DNA of 32,000 nucleotides from Wallemia ichthyophaga EXF-994 (lineage: Eukaryota; Fungi; Basidiomycota): assembly GCF_000400465.1 (NCBI RefSeq), contig NW_008806298.1:58812-90811 (forward strand), given 5' to 3'. This document shows positions 12,344 to 23,463 of this stretch, one piece after another. Both the position numbers and the translations under genes were made by a program. The first letter of the stretch is position 1. Each line of letters starts with the position of its first letter. Below the pieces are notes generated by a model. It did not search any database. It worked only from the letters and a program-made list of their open reading frames with translations, and was not told where the DNA came from.

Positions 12344-15300
12344 ATGTCCACTCTCACTGTACCAATTGAATCAGTAGCTGCGAAGGGCAACACAGCGGTG
12401 CACACGCGCACGCGTTCATCGAGCTTCATAAGGGCGTTAGCGGATGTGCAGCCGCAGGGGGAGCACAGCGACACCTTTTCCGCGCCTATTCTCAGTGTAA
12501 GCGGGGGATTTGTGAGAGAGTGGGTGCCGTATCTAACGATCCACAGGACAACTACACCATTCCTCAACTACTGGATCACCACTGCAAACATTCTGCTAAA
12601 CATATCTCAATCATCACGCCTAATACTTGTTATTCCCTCGCCGATCGCGCTTTTGCTGCATATCGCGGCGTTGCTTATCTGCACGAATCGCTCCAAGGCT
12701 TAGAGCCAGGTAGCACGGTTGCCTTCTTGGCTGGTGAGTGGGCAGTTCTTTCCGTGGCTGTGACTGGCTGTGATTAGCATTGAGCTATGAGCTATGAGCT
12801 ATGAGCCAAACGTAAAAGTGAAACAAGACTGACACCATCCCCACCCAACGCAGAAACGGAGCCAGTAGTGTATTCGACGATGGTACTAGCAGCGATGCGG
12901 GCAGGCTATGTGGTGGGTGCTATCTAATGAAATGCACAGTGCGCACACACTAACACACTATCCCCGCAGCCGTTTCCAATCAGCAGTCGCAACTCGATCG
13001 CCGCTATAGGGCACCTCCTCACGACTACCAGCTGCAAACATCTTCTCTACACAAGCACTAGCGGCCAGCTTCGGAACCTTGCTGAGAGCGCCGCGAGTGC
13101 CGTGAGCGCTGAGAGTGGTTCAACGGGAATGCAAATGCAAATGCAGCTGGCGCGGATGCCGACGCATGACGAACTCTACGTCAACAAAGGCACACGGCCA
13201 ACAGCCTCAACATCGCCACCACCACCAGACTTATGCCCGTCTCTCGACGCACCAGCACTCATCATCCACTCATCCGGTTCGACCAATTTCCCTAAACCGG
13301 TTAGGCAGACGCACCGGCATGTCATGCAGTGGGGCCGCGTGCCCTACTACGGTAGCAGCGACGTGTGCTCTAGGATAATGTTCGCGGGCTGTTTACCGAC
13401 GTTTCATGCGGTGAGATGGTGGTGCATATTGCAACACTAACACTAACACTAACACAGATGGGCGTCATCTTCCAGATTGCCATCCCTCTCACGACGGGTA
13501 TGCAAGTGGGGTGTTTCCAAGTACTCTCCCCGCCCACTTTCCCCACAGCAGCCAATATCCTGCGCGGGGTGCGGGACCTTCACGCAAATCTTGTCATAGC
13601 CCCCGCTTCTGTTATTGCGGATTGGAGCGGGGACGGCGAGGCGGTAGAAACACTGCGCAATCTCGATGCCGTTGTGAGTTTCAGTTGTGGTGATACCAAT
13701 ATGCACTATCAAATTTTCACTGACTCACCCCACCTGTGCAGATGTTCGGAGGCAGTCCACTGAGCGAGGATGTGGGCGACGCGCTCGTCCGCCAGGGCGT
13801 GAAGCTGTGAGTGGGAGATATTTGCTAGTTGTGCAGACACTCACCATCTTCTCACAGGTCGAATCAGTATGGATCCACCGAATGCGGACACACTACGTCC
13901 TTCTTCACTCCGCCAGCACCTGATTGGCAATACATCACACTGTCGCCACACACCAAACCGCGTTTCATCGCCGACGCGGGTGGTGGTGGTGTGAGCGAGC
14001 TGCAGTTCGTAGCGTGTGCTAGTCACGTGCCTGCCGTGAGCAACGTCGGCAAAGTGGGGAATGCCGGTGAGAGCGCCATAAGCACACAGACATACGCCAC
14101 CAACGATCTCGTAAAGCTCCACCCACGCCAGCCCAACCGCGTCCGCATCGTCGGGCGCAAAGACGACCAAATTATGCTGCTCAACGGCGAGAAAACTAAT
14201 CCTACACCTCTCGAGATGATCATTGCGGAAAGTCCACACGTAAGCCGTACTGTTATGTTCGGTAGAGGGCGCCGTGTGAATGGGGTGTTGGTTGAGCGTG
14301 AGAGTGGAGAAAGTGAGACACACTCACACTCCCGCTTCGTCGAATCGATTTGGATGGATATAGAGCGCGCGAACAAGATGGCCCCGCAACACAGCCGTAT
14401 TCTGCCCAACTACGTCCTGGTGGCAGACCCTAACCGACCCTTCCCGCTCACGCCCAAAGGCAGTGTTAAGCGCGCGGCGACGCTGGAACAGTATGCGGGG
14501 GACATAGACGCGCTATACGAGCGGGAGAGCGGGGACACGAACGAAAATAAAGAGGGTAATGTGGAAACGACGGCGACCATAACCACACAAAACGCGCATC
14601 AAGTTGTTGCGGACATACTGAGCGACCTCCTCCCAGGCGGACAGGTAGATTCTACCACGCACCTCTTCACGCAAGGCTGCGACAGTCTGCTAGCAACGCT
14701 GATCCACAACCGGTTGCGCAACGCGCTGCCGGGGACACACAGGGGACGTCTGGGCAAGAATGTAGTGTTCGACCATCCGCGGCTGGGCGATCTCACGCGC
14801 CACGTCGTTGCACTGCTCAACAACAAACTTGCCACACCTTCAGCCCTCCTCCCCAAGCAGGACCTGCAGCGGATGATCAGGCGCTACGCTAGCGGGTCTT
14901 GGGGGCGGCAGGTGCACAATCAGACGCAGACACAAATGTACTCCCACACATCCCCGCAACAGCACGTTTATCTCGTCACTGGCACGACCGGAAGTTTAGG
15001 TAGCTATCTGCTCAGCGCGCTTGTCGCCTCGACAAAGTGCGCGCGGGTGTATGCCGCGAACAGACCTCATCCATCAAAAACGCTTGTCGAGAGACAGAAG
15101 GCGGCGCTCAGGAGCCGCGGGCTGGACGAGTCCGTCGCGGACAGCAGCAAGGTGCACCTGCTCGAGATGGATCTCGGCAGGCCGGTGACCGATGTAGCTG
15201 GTCTTGATAGCGTCACGCACATCATACATAACGCTTGGACAGTCAACTTCAACCTCCCCCTGAAGTGTTTCGAAAGCGACCTCGCGAGTCTGCGGCATCT

Positions 15301-16124
15301 CACAGAGTTGGCCTTGTCCACTGCACAGCCCGCGCACCTCACCTTTCTGTCGTCTATTGGTGTGTTGGCCAATTGGACACGAGAGAGCGTCGTCCCGGAG
15401 GAGATGGTGCTCAATGAAGATGTCGCGCTGGGACTGGGCTATGGCGAGTCCAAATATGTAGGCGAGAGGGTAAGTTGCACGCATGCATTGAAGCAGGCTG
15501 ATCTGACCGCTCTATGCTCTACAGATGCTCGCTGCAGTTAGCCAGCAAACGGGTCTCAAGACGTCCATTATCCGCTCGGGTCAGCTAGCCGGTAGTCGAA
15601 CATCGGGCAGCTGGAACGACAACGAGTGGCTGCCGAGTATCATCAGGAGTGCATCGTCGTTGGGCTGTCTTCCGGAGGGAGGTGACGACGTGGCGTGGTT
15701 GCCAGTAGATACGGCAGCACAAGCTGTGCTCGATATCAGCAGCAGCACATGCACAACAACTAGCAGCGTCTTTTCGCTCACTCACCCCCAGCCCGTGTCT
15801 TGGAATAGCGTCATGATGGCTGCTGCTACGCGCATAGGCGTGCCGCTCGTCAGTTATACCGAGTGGCTGCGTAGACTTGATGAGGTTGATAGCGCTGCGA
15901 CGGAAAGCGAGCTGGGTAATGCGATGGAGAGGATTCCGGCACTTAAACTTAAAGCCTTCTTCAGTCACTCCACTCTATCACCCAACAAGAGAGAGTTTGT
16001 GGAGGCGCTGGGAAACCCGCGTCTGTCAACTTCAAGAAGCTGTAGCGTGTCTGAAACACTCAAGCAGTGCTCGGAGCTGAGTGAGAGTGATATGATGAAA
16101 TGGATGGATTACTGGGGGATGTGA
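12344..16124 (+). CDS. NRPS-like adenylation-thiolation-reductase (A-T-R) enzyme, carboxylic acid reductase type, about 1110 aa, 8 exons
   Basis: Introns 12497-12546, 12734-12853, 12913-12969, 13411-13457, 13674-13741, 13807-13857 and 15470-15524 give 3333 nt in frame. A-domain motifs HSSGSTNFPKP, YGSTECG, TNDL, GRKDDQI..NGEK and PKGSVKR; phosphopantetheine site QGCDSL; reductase motifs VTGTTGSLG and YGESK. Confidence 0.92.
12781..12807 (+). repeat. 7-bp tandem repeat (TGAGCTA) x about 4 inside intron 2 of the NRPS-like gene
   Basis: tgagcta tgagcta tgagcta tgagcc, read directly from the sequence. Confidence 0.9.
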
Positions 16125-16181
16125 GTGTAAACACGTGTAGAATCATGTAAAGATATCGATAATTGTAAAGAAATGCATCGT

Positions 16182-16619
16182 TCAAGTACTACTACTGCTC
16201 CTGTTAACACTATTATTGCTATTTGGAATCGGGGAAGGATCACTGTACGACCGCGGCAACTTGGGCATCGACGAAGGCCTTTTGAGAAATTTGTTGTGTT
16301 CTGGAAGAACGCCACCCTGTAAAGCCAGCGTTAGAGGGAATAAGCGGACGCACACACCACCCACTCTCATCAGCAATTTGGTCACTGGCTGTGTAGGCAT
16401 CGCACCGACGCTGAGCCAGTAATCGATACGCTGCTTGTCCCATTCGACGAGTTTCCTGGCTGGTGTGCCTGCGACCCTGATTCTCGGTGTTGGATCATAT
16501 TCACCAAGCTTCTCAAGCGGCAGTCCATTCCTGGCCTTCTGGGCGGGGATCGCGACGAGGTGGTAGAAAGGCCTATTCGCAACGCCGTGCCTTGCCAAAC
16601 GAATTCTAACGCCAGACAT
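16182..16619 (-). CDS. MRPS16: Mitochondrial ribosomal protein S16 (bS16m), about 129 aa after removing one in-frame intron
   Basis: VRIRLARHGVANRPFYHLVA, LEKLGEYDP, IDYWLSVGAMPT; 48-nt GT-AG intron at 16317-16364. Confidence 0.92.
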   Translation of the reverse strand: MSGVRIRLARHGVANRPFYHLVAIPAQKARNGLPLEKLGEYDPTPRIRVAGTPARKLVEWDKQRIDYWLSVGAMPTQPVTKLLMRVGGVCVRLFPLTLALQGGVLPEHNKFLKRPSSMPKLPRSYSDPSPIPNSNNSVNRSSSST

Positions 16620-16683
16620 ATTTTAATTGGTGTTGGTCGTCAATGGAAGACGTTTCTAGCACACGGTCACCAGGAAACTTAAA
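16620..16683. promoter_or_regulatory. 64-bp putative bidirectional promoter of MRPS16 and MGR2
   Basis: Divergent ATGs at 16619 and 16684. Confidence 0.55.
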
Positions 16684-17137
16684 ATGCCACCACCACCACC
16701 ACAACCAGCTGCAGTAGGCATGGCTGAGCCAACTGCATTCCAAAAGAGTGAGTCCGTCTTTCTAGTCTGCGTCGCGGCGTGCTCACGGTGTGCTCACAGT
16801 GAAGGTAAGCGGTGTGCGCTATTTGAAGCCAATAAAACCCTAAAGAAGCTCTAGATGGGCGCTCTAATGGGCTCAACAGTTGGTTTGACCATTGGTTTCA
16901 TTTTTGGTGGTTTCTCTATCATAAGGTAGGCTTAAAATCCCCATAGAACCATTCTAACAGCAGGAAAGGGCTGGTCCAGGTCCTAGAGGTGTCATGGGTA
17001 CTCTATCACAGTACATGCTCAGTTCTGCCGCTACTTTTGGCTTCTTCATGTCGATTGGTTCCGTCATTAGAACTGAGGAGGAATTCAGACAGAGAAGGGC
17101 GCTTCCGGTGAGAATAATAGATAACAAGCAACATTAA
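16684..17137 (+). CDS. MGR2: Mgr2/ROMO1 subunit of the TIM23 complex, about 102 aa, 4 exons including a 5-nt micro-exon
   Basis: Exons 16684-16747, 16800-16804, 16855-16925, 16969-17137 give ...[65 protein letters not shown]. Not in the ORF track. Confidence 0.88.
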
Positions 17138-17201
17138 TTACTAAACAATGCATTCTTCTTTATCAATTTGGGTGTCTGAGGGGAGTGAGAATTTTCATAC
17201 T

Positions 17202-17848
17202 CTACTGCATTTGAACATTTGACAAGTCCATGTTTGGATTTGCTGACTGTATCTTGCTGAGTGTCTGAGAATTGTTTGTTAGCCGAGCTTGTAGCAATAC
17301 ACCAAGTACCAACCTCCTGCTGCTTTATCTGCTCAGACGTTGGCTGACCCATCTCCTTCTGGCGATTGTCAAACATCATCTTTTCAACCATGGCGCGCGT
17401 TTCACCATCCAAGTCACTCAATTTGCTGTTTTCAGGGACGATTCTCTTTGTGTCGATCTTTGGGGCGCCTTCAACTACGCATGGCCACCAAGCAGCCTGC
17501 GAGACCTTTTCAAAATGTAAGTTGAGAATTCCATCGGCTTCAATTATTTGTTAGGAACATGTACATTCCCCTGAGATACACTAACTCACACACGGACCAA
17601 GTGGAGTCTTCCTCTTTGACATCAGCGAACAGAGTTCCGTCTACGATTGGCTCAGAGCCTTTAACAGCCACACTTAGTTTACGCCTTTTGATGATCACGC
17701 AAAGGTCTCTAGCGCGTATTCCCGGCGGAAGATGTATAGTGACGTCTAATTCTGAAATCGTTTGATTCCATTCGTAAGGCAAGGCTGATTGTTCTGAGGC
17801 TTCTTTTTGTGCGTTGTAAGCGTCGTCGCTGACGTCTTCCTGGGACAT
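17202..17848 (-). CDS. nudC: Nuclear distribution protein NudC (CS/p23 co-chaperone domain), about 181 aa
   Basis: Introns 17538-17589 and 17265-17313; [45 protein letters not shown]. Confidence 0.93.
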
Positions 17849-18019
17849 TATGACTTGATGGTGTGGTTATGAGGAGGTGTATGTTTAAGTGGCTGTGTAT
17901 GCCCCTTATTCAGTTAGTCTGCTCAATTTATATTTTCACCCGCGTAGCCACCCACTATCCCCGTATTCCCCCGCCGTCTTCCTCCTTGAACTTCAACGCC
18001 CAACAACCTTGAATTCAAA

Positions 18020-21000
18020 ATGGAAGAGGCAGAATTAGCCCAGTTTAATTTGTCCATCGTGCTGCCCCTGCAGAAGCAATCCAAGAAGCAACACCACCAG
18101 CACCAGGTCCAGCCCCAGGTTATTCAAATCATGACCCTCCCTAAAGAGACGTGCTTGGATCTGGCACAGGCTGTACATGAATCTTCTGAGGGCTACAACG
18201 TTGGTGCTTTCAGCTTCAGGGATCTCGTCGTAGAGAACGGCAAACACCTCCCTTCCTCAGATCGTCTCACAGACAACACTCAAGTCGCAAAGATACTTGA
18301 AAACCAGGAATCTGAAGAGAAAAAGCTCTTTGTAGTCCTCGAGGACTACTCTGATATTGATCTTAGACACCACGTTATCAGATTTAGAGAAGCAGCCGTT
18401 GGTCCCTCCACAGACACTACAAATCTCGGTATTGAATCCGGTTTGAGCGTCGTTGACTATGTCCAACCACCTTCTGCTCAAGAGGATCCCTCCTTTGACC
18501 TCAAAGACGACCACTCTTTCCAGCAATATGATGTTAACAGTGTGAGACCTATGTCTAAACTCCTCCCAAAGGACAGGAACAAGGAGTTACAACAATCTGT
18601 CAGATCCTTTTCTCTCAGTCATTGGAACCCTCCTCCTCCTCAATGTCGCTTAAAGGGCCACGTCCTCTATTTACAACTCACAACCCTCGAAGGTGAGATT
18701 TTTCACATCACCGCCACAAAGAAAGGTTTCCACGTTAATAAATGCACATCATCTCATTTCGATGGAAGCATGAAACCTGCAAATGATGTTACTGGCGGCG
18801 TTTCCTACTCCCACTCCCTCTTCGATCTCACCAGCAAGCTCAGCAACCTCTACAACGCAAAGTTCACCCCTATCTTCTCTGAATCTCTTAACCTCGCCAG
18901 AGATCCATTTGCGATCGTTCAAATACCTCAGGCTTTACCTGCCCATCCTTGGCTCGTTGGTCGCCCTCAACACCTCCCTGACGGTCTTCGTACACAGTCT
19001 GCGTACTTGCTCACTGGTAGCACTGCTTTGGAAGGTCTCGAAGGTGCCAGAGACTGGAACGATGAGCTGCAATCTACCAAAGAGGCAACTGTCAACACTT
19101 ACCATGAGCGTATTACAAGGGAGAAGCTCTTACAGAAGCTCTATGCTGACTTTTCCTTGGCCGCTGTTAGAGGTGTTGTAGCTGTCAGCGTGAGTGGGGT
19201 AGCTAATCTAGCGAATTGATCTAACTGCCCTTTGTTTCTTTTTTAGCGTGGCGAAGTACCACCTCTAAACCCAAGCGAGCAAACTTACGTACACGCAAAC
19301 ATTCTTTACACTCCAGCACAAGACGCTAAGGCAGCTGGCAGAGAAGTTATCTACCACCGCTTTCTCAACACTATAGATGCCCCTGGTCTTAGTGTCCTCG
19401 CTACTATTGCTGTTGACTACGCAGGTAAACGTTGGACTGCTCAGTCAGTCGTACCAGGTTTGCTTAGAAGGCAAGAAAGAGAAGATAATGGCGAAGAAGT
19501 CAAGTCTGACAGCAATAAGATTGTTTATGGTGTTGACGAACTTAATGGCAAAGGCAGCAAAGAAATTAAGTACGATAAGGCATTTGCTGAGTTGTTGGAG
19601 CCAGTCTCTCGTGCTCTGCGCTTCGCTAACAAGAAGTTGAATGTTGATGGAGAAGAGGTTGAATTTGCTACTAATCTCAAGGGATTGATTGGTGGTGACA
19701 CCAGGAGATATATTGTTGAACCATCAAGAATGACATGTCCTGATGTCATGTGGGACGACACCAAACTCAATGTTGATAGTCTTGAGGAGAAGGTCGAGAA
19801 GGCTAATGCTCCTACTTACCCTTACGCCACTTTCCTCAGACAAGAAGCTCTCGAAGCGTACTCTGAATACGAGCTGAGAAAGCGTTCAAGAGATGCCGTT
19901 GAGCGTGCACGTAATGAAGGTATCGAAAAGGGCATCTTCCCTAAGCCAACTGAAAAGCAAGTCACCGATGGCGAAGAACAAAACCAAGAAGATGTTGTAC
20001 CCCCACCAAGCAGTGCTGATATTGAAAAGGCTATCAACGATGGCAAGATTACTGTCCCACAAATAGGTAATCTCACTTTCAACCCAGATGTAAATGGCGG
20101 TGAGAATGATGAAAGTGTCGAGGCTGTCAAGAACGCCAGTGCTTACATCACTGAGACTCTCATACCACTCCTCGTTTTAGATGTTGTTCACGGTAATAAC
20201 ATTCCCGCTGACGGTGGTGCTCTCACTGCTGCCATGCACCAAAAGGGTATCAACATGAGGTGGGCTCAAAAGACTGCTTTGTGAACTCTCTCACATCCCA
20301 TAGACATCTTGGTAACGTTGTTGAAGCTGCCAATCAGCACCGCAACAAAAAGAGTATTCTCGGTCCTGCTTTCGGTGTGATAGACTGCTTCAAGGGTGTA
20401 ATCAAGCAAGAGATGATTCTAAGAGCAGCAAAGCACTTACTTAGAAAATACATGGAAAGTGCTGAATTTACCACCCTGCAATTACTCCTTTCGCACTTCC
20501 TCAACTGCTTGTTGGGCACCGATCTCAACCTTGAGCCTACCGCTGAATCACCTAAAGATGACTTTGGCGATGATATTATCACTGATAAGTCGGTCGAATG
20601 GTTCAACTTGACACCAAAATCACTTTTCGAAAAGCTTCAAAAGGAGGTTGCCGTTAGATTTAGATTCTCACTCACCGAAGAAGATGTCAAAAACATCCGT
20701 AAACCTCAAATGCTGAGGGAGTTGGCATTGAGAGTTGGTTTCCAATTGGAGTTGAGAGATTACAGATTTAGCGATGTTGTTTCAGAAAATGTTGAGGATG
20801 TCAACTTTGACAGTAACGCATCAAAGAAAGCAATTAAGAAGGCAAAGGCAGCAGCCCAAGCCCAAAACAGAGCACTTAGTGGTTTGGATAGATCGACAAC
20901 ATTTGTACCATCAGACGTACTCGAGATTGTTCCACTCGTTAAAGACTCAGCCCCAAGATCAACAATCTGTGACGATGCCTTCGAGCATGGCAGGCTTGCT

Positions 21001-22051
21001 TTCCAAACAGGAGCAGCTGGATTCATCAACCCAGATGGAGAAACACAAAGTGTTGCGCAGAACAGAGAAGCTGGATTGGATTTGATGTATGAGGGTGTTA
21101 GTCTTTTTGAACAAATATACACTCCACTGCACGCAGAAGTCGCCAAAGCATTTAATGGTTATGTTGTTGCGAAGCACCAAATGATTAGAAGTGCATCCAA
21201 GGAGGAATCAGATGTTGAGGCTCATGAGCAGTGTCTGAGATTGCAAAGAAACGCAGTCATCATCTCCGAGCGCACTCTTGGTATCGATCACTATGAGACG
21301 TTGAGCTTTATTCAAAACCTTGCTCATTTGGAAATCTCAGCTGGTCATGTGCACTCTTCCCTCAAATACTTCCGTTATGCTATTGACTTGTGGCAGAGTA
21401 TTTATGGAAATGATCACCCAGAAATCATCCAAATCTATTCTTCAGTTGGAAACATCTTCCAGCAAGCGAGAAGATTTGAGGAGAGTTTGAAGATGTATGA
21501 GATTGCCAAAGAATTGTCGTTTAAGGTGTACGGTGTATACTCATACTTTGGTGCAACAATGTTATTGAGAGTTGCAGAACAGCACGTCTGCGTTAATCAA
21601 CTCAAACTCAAGCCAGCTGTTAACGCATGTAAAGAGGCAGTTAAAGGATATGAAGAGGCAGTTGGTAAAGATGCACAAGAGTACAAGGATGCAGCCGCCT
21701 TCCTCAACCAGCTCACAGCGGCCGCTGTGCACATTGCTAGAGTTAACAGCGACCCAGTGCAACAAAATGCTAGAAAGGTCGTTGAAGCTAGAATGAAAGA
21801 AGCTGAAAAACAAAAGAAGGATCAGGATGACTTGGCTAATGGAAAAGCTGGCAACAAGACAAGCAAGAATGTCAGCAATGGCACTGCCAACAGCGTTAAC
21901 AATGTCAGTCAGGATGATGTTGATGCTATGGTTAAATGTGGGTATAGTTAAATATATGCCATATCAACCGACTAACAAATACCTTTCAGTCATTGAAGGT
22001 GGCAACTCTTCCAAGACTACTTCCAAGAAAAGCAAAAAGAACAGAAAATAA
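18020..22051 (+). CDS. CLU1: Clustered mitochondria protein (CLU1/TIF31/CLUH), about 1292 aa, 4 exons
   Basis: Introns 19190-19246, 20260-20303 and 21938-21989 give 3879 nt in frame. SLSHWNPPPPQCRLKGHVLYLQLTTLEGE, RDWNDELQS, HQKGINMRHLG and C-terminal TPR-like AVIISERTLGIDH. Confidence 0.92.
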
Positions 22052-22232
22052 AATGGCATAGAGCATATAATCACTAACACTAACACTATCACTAAATAAT
22101 AGAACTCACTACTCTAAAATTTCAATGCATTTTTTCCTGATTATAGATTATGTGCAGAAATGTTTTAAGTAAACGTGCTCAAGGGTATTCGATTATCAGT
22201 ACACTGTACAAATTAAAATAATGCGTTGATGG

Positions 22233-23261
22233 TCAGTTTATATGCGATTGTGCATCATGCCAAATTGTTTTGAGGAGGTATGCTTCAGAGAGGAGCAACT
22301 CCACGTCACTGTCTTTCCAAGATTGAGTTGGAGGTGCTTGAAGGAACATGATGATATCCTGAAACTCGAGTTGTTTGAGTTTTTTACTCCATTTAGTTAA
22401 GAAAGCGAGACAAACGTAGGTATGAAAACAACTGAAACTGTCAGTGCCTTCAGACTAGAGTGCGAGGGTATGTGTTAGAAGGGTATGATGCAAGTGAACA
22501 TTTTCACCTACAAGATAAGTATCCCACATTCTAATTACATTGCTCATCTCGACTTCTCGCATAAGCAAACAGTTGATCCAACGGAAACTGAATTGAATGA
22601 AGTCGACGCCTTGATCAACAAAATGCCTTGATAGTTCTGGGTCAACCTTTCTAGTGAGTTCATTCAAGCGTTTGACTTGGCGCATAATACCTGGTTGTGC
22701 TATGATATAGTTGTCTTGGATGCCATCGAGGAGTTTACTGAGACTCCAAAATGTATCAGATTCGATTTGAAGGAGTTCATCGTCTGATAGGAGACATGGA
22801 TTACAATCCTGAGGATTGCCGTGAATGTAATTAGAAAGAAAAACTTGATAGAAAGGTGTGGCGAGGTCGTTTATACCCTGGACGTAGCCAGAAGCGGGGT
22901 GCCTGATCGACCAGACGTATAAAATTCTTTCTAGGGACCGCTGAGTGGCGTCATTCTGCCAAAGTTTGTTGCCTGGATTTGTGCGTGGTACGTCGATGAC
23001 GATTTGGTGCCAAAGCTTTGAATCGAGTGGGCGATCAAACGCGTTTTGTGAAGCGTTAACGTATTCTGCGCGTTTCTTGTTAAGAGTTGTTTGTCTCCTG
23101 CTGCTATTGGTAGGGAGATATCCGAGTAACAATGGCCAGACTGTAGATCGCAGCGAGCTGGGTACGCCATTCCAACTAAGGTTTTGTAGCTGCGCGAGAT
23201 CAATCTGTGGCTTCTGAAGCACTTGTTTGAATTTATCCACTTTATCCAGCCGCGTGGCCAT
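22233..23261 (-). CDS. GYP1: TBC-domain Rab/Ypt GTPase-activating protein, Gyp1/TBC1D22-like, about 323 aa
   Basis: Arg finger IVIDVPRT, Gln finger YVQGINDL and FSFRWINCLLMRE; intron 22455-22511; ends AQSHIN*. Confidence 0.9.
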
Positions 23262-23463
23262 TCTTGTGCTCGCTGCTCAACGTCCTTATAAACGCCGACG
23301 ATGCCAAAGCTTAAACGCAGGAGCAGCTCAAAATCTTCAAAGGGGAATAATCTGTGGGTGGCTGTTGATCTATGGAAATATCTCTCACTCCAGTCTCAGC
23401 CCCACTCTCGGATTTACAGCTACAACGCCTGCTCAGAGCAATACAAAGACGCGTGCACAGAAA

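Noticed and set aside
12055-12567. Small ORFs between the KH gene and the NRPS-like gene
   Set aside because: No recognisable motifs, non-ATG starts and low complexity; the region is better explained as UTR and promoter.
13841-15968. Multiple antisense ORFs over the NRPS-like gene
   Set aside because: Expected in GC-rich coding DNA; none resembles a known protein.
12344-16124. NRPS-like gene as LYS2 or as part of a biosynthetic cluster
   Set aside because: Too short and lacks the Lys2 N-terminal domain; flanking genes are housekeeping with no tailoring enzymes.
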